The position numbers and the translations under genes are program-made. Shown here piece by piece: positions 27,700 to 40,190 of a DNA stretch of 64,000 nt (the first letter of the stretch is position 1; each line of letters starts with the position of its first letter). This stretch comes from the human T2T-CHM13v2.0 reference genome, Homo sapiens: the NCBI RefSeq assembly GCF_009914755.1, contig NC_060928.1. One strand, 5' to 3'. Under the pieces are notes generated by a model. It was not told where the DNA came from, made no database searches, and was given only the letters and a program-made list of their open reading frames with translations.

Positions 27700-30400
27700 C
27701 CACTGCAGTGTGTTGGGGGTGGGGGTGGCTTTCAGTGTAGATCTGCCAGTCCCTCTTCAGGACACACTGAATCACCTATAACTTAGTGTAAGCCTGAGAG
27801 GAGTCTACACTGTGGAAGCCATAAGGAAGTATAAAGGCCTTGCTAGACAGTATGTAGCATCTAGAACAAAGAGTGGTAAAATTCAAGAGGCAGACAAGTG
27901 AACCAGACCATAAGTCTCTGGGGATGGCAAGTGGTGGGAAGGTAAACATGTGATAGACAAAGTCTAGTTAGTAAAGTCTATTTTACAAGCTCCTTTATTC
28001 TTATGGCTGATTAGAAACTCTCCTGTCATAGAGGTGGGGATTTGTTCCTTCTCCTTTGGATCCCAGTGCTGAACCATCTCGTGAGTTATTCTGCCTGAAT
28101 TGAGAATCTCATTGTTGAGTGAATGTTGATTGACCTGATCTTTCCTGATGCTTTTTGTATGCATCCTTCAGTCATGTTTCTAGAATATCACCTGGTATTG
28201 GATTCCCCTATCTGTGATTCAGCATGGTTGAGCTGGTCTCTACATGATAAAATGCTGCAGAAGCAAGATGTAGGAATGCTATTTAATTTTGAAGCATCCA
28301 GATGTCGAGTTACTTTGGCATAAGGAAACCATTCAGATCCTACAGTCTTCAAGAGACTCTCATGCATTTCTAAACTTAAGTATTTCATCAGTTACTTCAG
28401 GGATAAGAATTTGCATGGCGTCAGTCTCTAAGGAAGTTCTTAATTGTGACCAGTGTTGTCACTTGTGTTTCACTTGCAACAAGATAATTTTGGACTATGA
28501 ATGGTTGCCCAACATCTGTCCTTAGTCGAGAGTATTCTGATCAGGGTTCTATGGCACCAGTTATACACTGCTATCTTAGACATATGTGTAGCCACATCAA
28601 GATGTGGGTAATTAATATACATATCACTGATTTCTGCAGCAGACTTGAGTGGATTGAACCAGTCCTCAGAAGCTGAGTTGTCTCTTGAATCACAAAAGAG
28701 CAATGAAAATACTAATTGCAGGATGGTAAAGACCAAGTCGGTGAGTTGAATCATCAGTGACTGCAATTCTGCAGGACTCAGTTCCATAGCCTGTAGGGAG
28801 CCAAGTAACAGTGCCATCAGGTTTACTCATGAATTGGCACAGGAAAATGCTTCCAAAATGAGGGTATGACACTGCATACCATATTTATGTACATAGTCAG
28901 TGGTGAAAGCTGTCTCCTCAGATTGTTATATGGGATCAACAATTGCAGGCACATGCCCCTCTGTAGCAGGGGGAGTGGCATGAACAATTTGTAATGATTG
29001 GTAAACAGTTCAAGTACAATTGACCCTGCCACTTTCTCTGTAGCACAAATGATCAGCTTCTGAGCTCTTGACTATGTGAGCTTTCCTTGTATCTGCTTTA
29101 TTGCCTTCCACTCACAATCATGTACTTTAGCTGAAGGACTTTCTGGGGTGGCATACTGTGGTCTTCTACATTGTGTTCAAACCAGGTTGCTTTTCCTTCC
29201 CTTTCATCTTCATTTCTCTTAGCAAATTCAGGGCATAACATAATCTTCTAGGTTTGGGAGTGGGAAAGGGCAGGCTGGTAACAGGAAGGGAAAAGCCCTT
29301 CTCCAGGGAGTGTTGGGCACCCAAGTCAACCTGCATGGAACTATAGGTGAACCCAACCCTTTGTGTCTGTAGTGAAGTTTCCCACAAACTATACACCAAC
29401 ACTTGAGCCAGAAACTTGCAGCAAAAAGCCTTGAATATGTGAAGGAATAAAATGAGCCTTTATAGTTTTGGCGTCAATGAGTCTTGCAGCAATTATTGCC
29501 TGTGGTGCCAACATGGCCTCCCAGCTCTTCAAGTATCAGTCTCTTCCTCTCTTGCTCACCAGACTTTTTTGAAGCCTTGCTGTCCTGGTCGTGGGCAGTC
29601 ATATATGACTAGAGCTGGCCCCTCATGGTGTTGCAGGAATATCCTTGATGCTTTTACCTTGTTCTTCACTCATGTTTGTTCTGGGTAAGCATACTTCTGG
29701 AGTCTCATAAACAAGTTGTCTATTGGTCAGACAAAATTGTTGGTGCCAATTCTGCAAAGTATCCTGGTGCATCTTGGCAACCCACCTTATTAATTGGAGG
29801 CAAAATATTTGGCAAAGGAAGGACTAGTATGTTACAACCCGGTTTTGGGCAAGGTTGGAGTTGGTCATTTATGTGAGGAATACAAATTTTATAATTTCTA
29901 AGCTGCATCACTTTGAAATCTGCAGTTGAAACACTTGGTTTTGTTTTCTCTAGTTTCTCTTTATATGGATGCAATGTGAAAATCACTTTTCTCAGTTCTC
30001 GATGCTATTGTAATTTGAGTCTGACACGTTTGGGGAAAAAACAGAAGTCAGCAATGTTTGGTAGAAGCTTAAATGAAATGGCAATAGCATGCAAACTGGA
30101 GAATTTACCAAAAGGTCAAGGTTAATAACATGAACACTTGTAGGAGACTTAGAGTTACTGAGATCCCAGTAAGTCTGGACTCAATGAGCCTCCAATCAAA
30201 TGTGAATTCTGGCCTCATTGGTCAGTATGGCTTTCTCTGGACACTTCAGTTTTGGGTGCTCATTGAGCTGCTTCTTGAGGCATCAATGAGAGCCATGGGT
30301 AGAGGGCTACACCCACGACATGAGTTCACTTGGATCAAGAGAAAGATACTCCTTGTAGTGGAACATAAGACCAGAAATAGGAACACAAAGTAACAGGCCC
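27700..30400 (-). pseudogene. EBLG lineage 1, copy 1 (decayed bornavirus-like glycoprotein; split by the EBLN insert at 27985-29070)
   Basis: Ordered motifs versus BoDV G: NILPP...ELAPTILSDQ ~ QTFPP...ELESGKAMLSDG; SKRGRD ~ furin site KRRRRD; IQGFLLQVSG ~ LQSLLLGVFG; SCYQP ~ TYYPP; ATWF ~ VMWF. Confidence 0.7.
27985..29070 (-). pseudogene. Endogenous bornavirus-like nucleoprotein (EBLN lineage h), near full length, single copy
   Basis: Colinear motifs: VCSVIPSFWKHF ~ LCLLIPGLHAAF; ELSPAELQS ~ DLTELEISS; WFNP ~ MFNP; TQVTTLVTIKNFL ~ AQMTTYTTIKEYL; ILIPEVTDEILKF ~ LTIPVVAYEIRDF; WFPYAKVTRHLDASKL ~ LFPFLGAIRHPDAIKL; FLHLASAAFY ~ FPNLASAAFY. Absent from the paralog at ~59650. Confidence 0.9.
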
Positions 30401-30700
30401 AGAGCAAATGGGAAGTGGTAACTTGATAAATGTTGAAATAGTTGGTTCGGAAGGGTAGTGGGGACTATCTTCTGGAATATGATTAATAAACCTCAGAACA
30501 CATCAATATGGAATAAAGTTAATACCCATAGTGCTAGAGTAATGCAGGAATGGGCCTAGTTAACTTCCTGACTTGGATGGTTCTCTCCCTGTAGACTTGA
30601 ATGTCTACATGGGTATACATGCTTGCATTTATGGCTGAATCTATTACAGTGCTTCAGTTTTAATGGAAACTAAACTCCTCTACTGCCAGCATATGTCATC
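30300..30700 (-). pseudogene. EBLM (bornavirus-like matrix) directly upstream of EBLG-1, copy 1
   Basis: LVSIKTEAL ~ YVELKDKVI; LGPFL ~ NIPFL; LFHIDV ~ YFTIDV; LIIFQ ~ NIYFQ. The paralog gives VFQDLSSYYLPFAL ~ VYKDPIRKYMFLRL. Confidence 0.6.
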
Positions 30701-30709
30701 TTACATGCA

Positions 30710-31320
30710 GCTGGCAAGTTGGGATTAGGTGTTGATAAGTTCCAGGGATGGGGAGGAAATCCTGTGAAGTAAATGCCTCCAGATAGTGGAACTATTTGAG
30801 GCTCTTCAGGTACATTGCAAGGTAGCTATTCCTGTGAGTTTGGCTGGCTTTTCTAGAATTGAAGGGACTTGTTGTAGTCAACTTGATACCAAGTGTTGTG
30901 TTGGTCTCCTTATCAGAGTTCTATATTTGGATTCAATGTTTGTCTCTGAAAGGCTGTGGAAGCAGCAGTAGCTAGATTGCCCTAGAAACTAGTATTTTGA
31001 TGCTGTTGGGCAACTGTGTAGCTTCCATCTCTGCCACCATGGCCTGTGTTCACTTGGTGGCTTACTGATTAAAAACTAGCAGAGCTATTCCATCTGGGTC
31101 ATCCAGTGAGTCTTCTTTAGTTGCTTTGCAGTGGGTCATAATACGTGACATGAAACCTCCATGTCTCTGCATGTACTTCTCATAGACTTCCTTTTCTTTG
31201 GCTATGTAGTCAGTTTCTATTCAGTGTACTGACCAGAAACAAGACCACTGGCCTCAGATCAGGGTATGTTCTCATCTTAGGCCTCATGTCATCCCTGTTA
31301 AAGTAGATTCATAATGAGCT
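30710..31320 (-). mobile_element. Old ERVL-type (ERV3-16A3/HERV16-like) internal fragment; a longer paralog with an LTR16-like LTR lies at ~61330-62930
   Basis: Degenerate ERVL pol/integrase-like sequence (e.g. ctgttgggcaactgtgtagcttccatctctgccaccatggcc). Confidence 0.5.
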
Positions 31321-31329
31321 AGCTTGAGC

Positions 31330-32500
31330 TGTCATTTATTTTCCCTAAAGGTGGGGCCTTGGGAGATGTATTTTTCTTGGTGCTCTAAGCATAGCCAAGA
31401 AGCTCTGGAGTGTTGGAAATAGTGTTCTCAGTTAGCATTTAGAGCATAAGTTGGTCTCTTACTAATCCACAAACATCTTGGTTTTGCTGACAGAGGCTTA
31501 TAAATTCTCAAATGATATCATATTCAGGAACATATCTGCTTTTGGTGTCTTGGCCCTTCTGATAAAGGGGTGATAATGAGGACGCTTATGAAGTACACTG
31601 ATTCTCATCTACTACAAATGTTGAAAGTAGGCTGGCTCTGGTATTCCTGGTTGCGGTCAGTAATGCCTAGGCTTGTTTGCAAAGCCATAAGCTAAGAGTT
31701 AATGAGGAAATAATGAGGTCACTATTGTTGGGCTGTGGGTGGTGGAAAAATGGATGTCTTGCTTAGGTGGTATTCCCTGACTTCAAGCCCTCTTCCTTTT
31801 GTACTAAGTGAAACTTGCTGTCATTATTCCTGTCTGTAGAATGGGATTGAAATCTGTAGTGACTTAGACCTCTGATTCTTTTACAAGACTTTCTGTACTG
31901 AGAGAACATGAAGAACCATCTTCCCAGTTTCCCAGGAAGGCAGAGTTCCCAGGCTAAAAAGAGCTCTACAGAAGGTGTGCCTGAACACAGTTGGGCTTGG
32001 AGGATGTACAAAAGTCCTGCACTCTAAGCCCCTGTCTGAGTGTGCCAACCTGTATCCAAACTGCTACATCACATGATTCCCAGAATATAGGCTGGTGTGA
32101 TTGCTAGTGATGGAGGGTGCTGGTCTACCAAATACAGCGGTCACCTGGATGTTCCCAGGGGAGTGGCCAGAGGGCCATGTCTGGTGTTGCAGGTTCTGGA
32201 CAATAGCATACAGCACAACTGTACATTTTATATTTTCGTTCAACTGGTCAACTGTTACATTGTAGGTCAAGCTAGAACATAAGTATTACAGAGACTTGGC
32301 CTCAGTAAAGCTTGCTTGCGACTGATCACTGTCTTTTTGGGGATCAATCAGGGACTGCTTTATTATTTACAAGGTGTCACCCAACTGGTCTGACTCCCAA
32401 GCATTGGAACCAAGAATAATTCCAACTGGTAGGAAGAGTCAAAGCCTGGGATTCCAGGTGAAGGAAAACTTGTACTGAAATGTTAACTTGTACTTCTGTA
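31330..32500 (-). pseudogene. EBLN lineage c, copy 1 (paralogs ~44940-45600 partial, and ~62950-64000)
   Basis: SLFPH ~ MFNPH; LWLCKQA*ALLT ~ DWINGQPW..SLLT; VPEYDII*EFISL ~ IPVVAYEIRDFLEV; LRTLFPTLQS ~ PRSFPNLAS. Confidence 0.55.
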
Positions 32501-32699
32501 GACCCATCAGTGGATCATTTGATCGGTCAAAGCAGATCGGATCATTTGAGCTTATCTTCCTGTAAGAGAAATCTTTGGAGTTCAGGATGAGGTGTCTGAG
32601 TCTGAGGACATGGCTAGTAACTGACACTGACTTCCATGCCTTATAAGACGTGGGTCCTCTTGTGCTTCCCTCCCCTGGTATCTGGCAGTGCAGTGGGTG

Positions 32700-33370
32700 T
32701 GTAGGGAGTAAGACAAATCCCCAAAATGAACTGCAGAGGCAGATGCTCTGGGACCTAATGCAGTGTTGGCCAGGAGAGGGCAGCACCGAATCACAGGTGG
32801 AGCTCTGTGTCCTGAGAAACCTTGGTGAGGTTGGAGCCTCAGCCAGGCAGCCTCCAGAGGGTGTCCTGTGGAGAAGGAACTGGCAGGGAGTGGGGCTTTG
32901 GTGGGCCCAGTACTCCCAAATAGGAGACTGGAGGGCCTCAGAAACAAGCTCTGTCTTCTGCTGCTGTTCTCCGCCCTTCTTGCTCTTTAAGGCAGCTCTT
33001 AGAAACTGGAAGCCCTCCTCCCCAAGCCAGCCCTAAAGCTAGGAACATTACTCTCCCCTTCCCTTTCTGTGTAACAGCTGACCGTAAAGAAATTCTGACT
33101 TGCCTTGATAAACAGGTCATCAAATGCTCACTCCAGAGGGGTCCTGCTCCCTACCCAGAAAGAAGGAATGCTGTAGAGACCAAGGGAAATAAAACAGACC
33201 GGCCTTGTTGGGTTTCCCCACTCAGTCTGTGGGCATTAGGTCATGCCCTTGTCCAATCACAGTTGGACACAGCTGTCCATGCTTCATTAAACCTAAGCAG
33301 AAAAATGGTAATAGCAAGTTCTCCCTTTGGGCCTTCACTCTGGCTCCCGTGTCACATACAATTGATAGGA
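32700..33370 (+). mobile_element. MER34/MER39-like LTR, copy 1
   Basis: ggggtcctgctccctacccagaaagaaggaatgct ... gggtttccccactcagtc ... gtccaatcac ... ggctcccgtgtcac matches the MER34/39 LTR core. The 5' boundary is uncertain. Confidence 0.7.
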
Positions 33371-33429
33371 ATCTTTTTTGCTTAAAACAGCTGTGTGGAA
33401 CATACAGCTGTAGATGGAGGCAGGTTTGG

Positions 33430-34450
33430 GGAGATAATGGGTTAAGCTCAAAGAATGGTCTCAAAGCAAATGACTCCAAGTAGAAGGTGCTTAGAGGACC
33501 TCAGTGGGGAACAGATGCTGAAGTGCTGGAGCAGAACAAAGTGCCAGAGTCAGCTGCTTCCTGTGTCAACGGCAAACACCCAAGTGGCTGAGGGCCACAG
33601 TAGTGGAGGGTGGCATGTCTTTCAGAAGGACCCATGCTGGAGCAGCATGGTACATTCCCAGAACCAATGTGTCCACACTTATCTCCTGGGTGTAGAAAAT
33701 ACTTTGTGTGAAAGAATAAGTTCATGTCCTAGAGTCTGTTTTCACCATGCATGTGTTTTACTGCACACAAGTTCTATGCAAGTGAGCCTTCCTAGGCCTC
33801 TCAGGCTCACTTAGTGTTTCTCTTAATGTGAAGAATATTGGTTATACAGCATAGTAAACAATGAATATGAGATGTGGGGACACAGCAGAGCACACGGCAG
33901 CTCACTGATTTTCTTCCCTGCACTTGTGTGCAGCTGAATCTGCTGGTAAACACCCAAAGGGTCATCTCGGTGTATTTTCTATTTGTGTAGTGTCAGATCT
34001 AAAAAATCTTGCCGAAGATAATGAATGAGCAGATGGTAACTTCAGATAGCAAAGGAAGTCTATGGCACTTGGGTTCATTACACGGGACATTACATCAACT
34101 GGAAAATGCTGTCTGGAGCATTTAAACAGTGTATTATACTAGTCAAGGCAGTTCTCAGAGTTTTGTCTAAGACTTCCTTGGGGTTATGGTCCCTGTTACC
34201 ATATGTTGAACTTACAGGCAAACAACTACATAAGGTAATTAAGCTCAAGTTTTGGTCTAGGTTTAAAAGTGAGTTCTGACTTGGCAAAGTGTGTTTTTTT
34301 TTTTATCTTACAGGTACATATTCTGCTTACGTAAATTTAACATTGTTTTTTAAGGTCTCATGGATTATGCAGCATCACTTTCTAGCACTCTTCTTTGAGG
34401 ACTCCACTGGTGTAGAGATGAATATCTCATCCTCCACTTCCCACTACTAG
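33430..34450 (+). pseudogene. EBLN lineage b, copy 2
   Basis: PQWGTDAEVLEQN ~ PGIGHEKDIRQN; FHHACVLL ~ FSHCCSLL; EQMVT ~ AQMTT; RQFSEF ~ RDFLEV; LLPYVEL...VIKL ~ LFPFLGA...AIKL; SDLAKCVFF ~ PNLASAAFY. Confidence 0.65.
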
Positions 34451-35289
34451 TTGAGTGGCTCAGTGTGGATCCTCCTTGGCATCACTGCATGTACAAAGCC
34501 AGTTCTTGGACTCTATATAGGCCATTGAGCCCACAGTGAATGGTACTTTATAATTCAAGGAGGTAAAACAAACTCTGGTTTCTCAGATGTGTATGTATTA
34601 GGTTGGATAAATGAACCAGGCAGGAAATGTTCTTGGAAAAGAGCCATACACTAGGCAAGAAACCATCTAGAGGTAAGATCACTGGAATCTAGTGCTATAA
34701 TAGGCGGGAGAGTTAGGGTGTAACTACAGAAACAAGAGGAATTCATAACCATGACGTGTCAGGGGTGCCAGCATAGGGCAGAACATGCCACTTGAATGTT
34801 CCAGAGTTGAAGAAGACTACATGTTTAGGCATCCCAGGCATAGGAGAGAAGACTCATACTCTTCAAAGCCATTTTGCCTGTGTTGCAGGTTGGGCTGTTT
34901 AGAAACAGGTTGAAGTGGAATTTGGCATGAAGTATGGTATTTAGAGATCAAATTGTGTCTAAGAGATGGGAAAGCAGGATAGGGCTAACTGTAGTGTGGG
35001 GCCCAGAAGTGCCTTGGCCAGTGTCGGCATGCATGTGACCCATCATGGTTGTTCCATGGTGGCCTATCATGGTTGTATCATGGTGGCCTGAGATTGCTGG
35101 CCTGCATATGTCTGTAGTCAGCAAGTGGATGAGGGCTGCTAGGGGAAGGGCATGCCCTTGGAACTGAGGCAAACTCTGTAGAGGTGATGGCTGGAGGCTG
35201 CTGGCTGTGCTCCAAGCAGTTGCGGTAACAAGCCCTTGTTGAAGGGGATCTGGTGGTACATTCCCATGCCCTCAATCCAGTGATCTGGT

Positions 35290-36320
35290 GGAGCTGTCTA
35301 CCCTCTTTAGTCTCTTGCCTGAGTTCATGTGTGGATATGCTCAGTGTGGCTTTCTTGCTCAGGCCCTACCTTTCCTACTGAGCCCCAGATGGAATCTGAG
35401 CTCTTTCAGCACTAGATGCTTGACAAGACAGAAGCCATGAAGTGACAAGACTGTGTTCTATTCTGAGACCACTACACGATCACTTCCATTCTTTTAACCT
35501 ACCTAGGATTAATGTAAGAAGTTACTGTTTATAGGGTCTAAGTGTTCTGAACCGCTTTATGGTACGTCTAGCGGGGGTGGTCTGTATGCCTCTCACATGT
35601 CATGTCTATAGCTTGCAAAATTGACCAAATTAGCTTGGCATGCTATATCCATGCCCCAGATGGTTTGGACCACTAGGCAGACTTTCTTTGCTTTGATAAT
35701 AGATAGGTCCAGGGTTTAAAACTTAAAAAGCTACCCTCTATCTTTATCCTCTGTATTTTGCCTCTCAGAAAACCCTTGCAGGGAAGCACAACCCAGGCAG
35801 AATGGGTCCAGTGGCTGCAGCACAGATATTCTAGGCCCCTTGTCTGAGGTTCCTCAGGTGTGGGGGGTACATGTCCAGGAAGGAACTGTCCTGTCCCAGC
35901 CTTCTCACAGGCACAGAGGGGAGAGAATCCAGAGTGCTCTACCCAAGACAGGGCAGCACTTTAACCCTTTGCTTGCCTCATATGAAGGTCTTTAACTCAG
36001 ACCCTGAGCCTTGGGCAGATAGGAGGAAAAGCCTAGAAGGGTACCTACTGTTGAAACAGGCACTTATATAAGCATGGAGGCCAGATGGGCAATGTGGGCT
36101 GTGTAGGTACCAGCGTGATCTAAGGGTAGGGATTTTTTATGTGAAGCCCATGATGCCTAGTAGTGGCTGCCTTGCAGACAGTGAAATCCATCCAGTTTAT
36201 AATGTCATTGTAATGGACTGTATTTCTGGGAAGCTGCATGTGAGCATGGTGATCACTCCTGGCCCATATCCTGATTCATGTGAGATTCCCGTCTCAAGCA
36301 GGACCTCCATTGCACCCTGA
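35290..36320 (-). pseudogene. EBLN lineage d, copy 1 (paralog ~49450-50330)
   Basis: QLPRNTVHY ~ KLPGKFLQY; PSGLHAY ~ IPGLHAA; LLQQVLEP (paralog) ~ LLQMFNP; ASY.DMT ~ ASYAQMT; QIPSGA ~ TIQPGA. Confidence 0.55.
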
Positions 36321-36369
36321 CCTTCCTGGGAATGAATACTTTCATGACCTTCTATAATAGCATAGTCCC

Positions 36370-36760
36370 TATCTCTGAGGTCTCACAGGTGTGGCCTTAG
36401 AGTAATTGAGCCATAAGGCAAAGTGACCCTTAGAGTAGCCCATTTGTCATGGCTAGGAACAGAAGTCACCTGTCCAACAGGCTGTTAGCAGCTAATGTTC
36501 AACACCAACTATGAGTGAGCTTAGAAGTAGGCATTCTGAGGTGTGATCCACTTTGGAGTAGATCCGTTCTCACTAGTTGAGGCTTAAAATGAGAGCATGT
36601 TTCCAGCTCACAGGTTGACAATGCCAGGAGGGACTTTCAAGCAAGAGCATTTAGCTAAGCTTTACCTGAAGCCCTTATTTTTACAAACAGTGAGATTTAA
36701 ATGTTCTCTCATGTTGCTAATCTTTGGGGTCAATTGTTCGGCCTATAAATAGCTTTGTTA
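36370..36760 (+). mobile_element. Old MLT1-type MaLR LTR (paralog ~50385-50815)
   Basis: ccaactatgagtgagcttagaagt ... ttagctaagc ... gttgctaatctttggggtcaattgtt is typical of MLT1 LTRs. Confidence 0.6.
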
Positions 36761-36789
36761 AAAAGCCAGAAATATGATTTTTCTCATTC

Positions 36790-38265
36790 CAGAATAAAGA
36801 ATTAGGGACAGGCATGCCATGACCTTGAGTATCTACTACCTGAGATGGCCTCTCTTAGAACCACCTTGGAGACCATCTTCCTGAGACTTGGTGATTCCCC
36901 ACCATCAGCACAGAGCTGCGTAATAGCCTGTAGGCAGTTCCGTCAGGTAGAAGTATTATGGAAGTCGCGTGTTAATCCCCCTCATCACAGGTTTTTTAAA
37001 AACTAAAATAATCAGGTGAAACTAACATTAAGATTCTTGGGTTGAATTAGACTTGTGTTGCCCCTTGTCAGTTGCACTCTGCTCCTAACTTAGTCTTCTG
37101 GTCTTGACAATAATTTCCTGCCTAATGTAGGGGAACTCTGCCTTGTAGGCTCGCTGGGCATCAGATGGTAAAATCTCAATGCTTTCACTAAACCTTCCAG
37201 TTTTCAGGGAAATGGGTAAATGTTCTAAATCAAAACAAACTATAAGTGCACAAGTTTGAATAGCTTAGAGGTTTTCTGGCTCCTAAATGTGACTATTGTC
37301 TTTAAATTGGCAGGGTGGACAACTGGATTCTTCTGCCACCTAGTGGAAGAAACTAATCTCTCCACAGTGTTCTAGAGGTGGTGGCAGGGGCTAGATCAGC
37401 TGTGGCAGCAGCCAGAATCAGAATAGGGACCCCAGCCAGAACTAGGGCAGCTGTCACAGATGGTGGGGGGGGGTGGGGAGGGGGTACTCAGTCCTCAGTA
37501 GGAAGGACCCTGAAAAGAGGAGATTGTCCACTGTCTACCTCTTTCAGGGAAGAGCCAAGATTGCCCGCTGACAGAAGATGAGGTTTGAGATGCCTGCCAT
37601 GAAGAAAGTGCCAGTCAACCATGGTTGGGGTCTGTGCAGGGTACATCCAGGAAAGTCTTATTTATTTTGGGTATGGAATTACTCAGAAGTATTTGGCTTT
37701 GGTGTAGAATGTAGGTCTGTGTTTGATGTGTAAAAATGCTGATGACCCAGAGGAAAACTTTTCTACCTCCTGTTGGAGTCTGGATTGGGAGGTACAATCC
37801 CAAGCTTAAAGCTCATAACAGTGTCCTAGAGCAGACCTGACCCACAACCCAAGTACCTTCTTCCCTCCCTCCATGGCAGATGTGAGCTAGGGAAATGAAA
37901 GGTCTGCCTTTGGACACCGATGCAACAGTTCTAGAAGCTGAGGTTCTTGTGTTACTCTGGATCCCATTTGACTGTAATATTCTACTTGGTCTTTAGCTGC
38001 TGTAGAGCTCATGCCAGCAGGAGGGCTTTTTGCTCCTTGTGTTAGAGGCAGCTAGACCCTATAGCATCAGGCCAGGTTGGTGTGGTCCCAGGGGAGCAGT
38101 AGGAAGAAACACTTCAAGTCCTATCCCCTAACCATTCCCTGGTGCTCTCTGCCTGTGAACCTTGGGACTATTGGATAATGTCTTCTCTGAGTCCTAGAGC
38201 CAACTGTGAGAGACAAGAGTCTACCTGAATGAAGGACAGAGCTGGATGTGGACTCGTGCTGGTTG
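36790..38265 (-). pseudogene. EBLG lineage 2, copy 1 (paralog ~50850-52540)
   Basis: VSKGRPFISLAHIC ~ VQTFPPFMYCSFADC; INKTF ~ VNKTL; LLSRPED ~ WLNHPD; QPKNLNVSF ~ QCHRVNVTF. The paralog gives RLQ...NPGLRMV ~ RLQ...RPGLKRV and REH*G ~ KTYWG. Confidence 0.65.
37333..37346 (-). promoter_or_regulatory. CTCF core motif CCACTAGGTGGCAG (paralog CCACCAGGTGGTGT at 51765-51778)
   Basis: Near-consensus CTCF core. Binding cannot be shown from sequence alone. Confidence 0.55.
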
Positions 38266-38279
38266 TGGCTTTTTTTTTT

Positions 38280-38750
38280 TCAAGGTATCCTTTCAATTTC
38301 CTCTAAAATAGTCTGGCTCTCAGACTTTTGGATCCTTGGATAGTAGTCCAATTCTGATGTCTCCTTTATAGTCTCTGGGGGGAATTCTGTACTGGAAAAT
38401 CCACAGGCCAGGAAAGATAACTGTGGCCTTATTCCACTTGACCACCCACAGCCATCCTGTCCTTCCTGAGGCATCCTTTGCCTAACGCCTGCCAGGCCCC
38501 TGGGCTTTGCTAGAATCCTCCTCTCTATCGCTGTCACCATGCTGCTTGCACTGCTGTTCACCAGCTCAGGCACTTACATCTTCAAGTGTCTCTTTACCCC
38601 ACCTTGCCCAAAGAAGGCTGTGAGTCTCCCTTGGATGGCAGCTGCATGTGCTGCCCGGCCTAAATGCCCCTACTTTCATGCCTTGCTTCACACCCTACAT
38701 GCCATCCACTTTCTACCGCAATTGGTGACTATTTATCCTAGCAGGTACTA
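38280..38750 (-). pseudogene. Candidate EBLP (bornavirus-like phosphoprotein) upstream of EBLG-2 (paralog ~52560-53050)
   Basis: KETLEDVSA* ~ RGTLGDISAR; QQCKQHGDS ~ QRCDHSDS; RRILA ~ IRILG. The C-terminus YPRI...EEIERIP* ~ YPQL...DEWDIIP* is followed by an A-tract. Confidence 0.5.
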
Positions 38751-38899
38751 GGTAGCATCATTCAATCTTTGCCATCCTTAAAGTTGAAACATGAGGGAGT
38801 GTACTTACTTGATCACTCAATTGAGCTTAAGTTTATATGCTTAATGGCTTCTATCTTGTTCATAAAATATGCATGGCGGCTTTTACTCCTTACCTTCTA

Positions 38900-40190
<1,291 letters not shown>

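Noticed and set aside
32650-33036. 128-aa ORF duplicated at 45742-46128
   Set aside because: It has a non-ATG start, overlaps LTR-like sequence and has no recognisable domain. The identity is explained by DNA-level homogenisation.
34100-34270. Resemblance to filovirus NP/VP24/VP30 peptides
   Set aside because: The matches are short and mutually incompatible. Colinear bornavirus N motifs explain the segment better.
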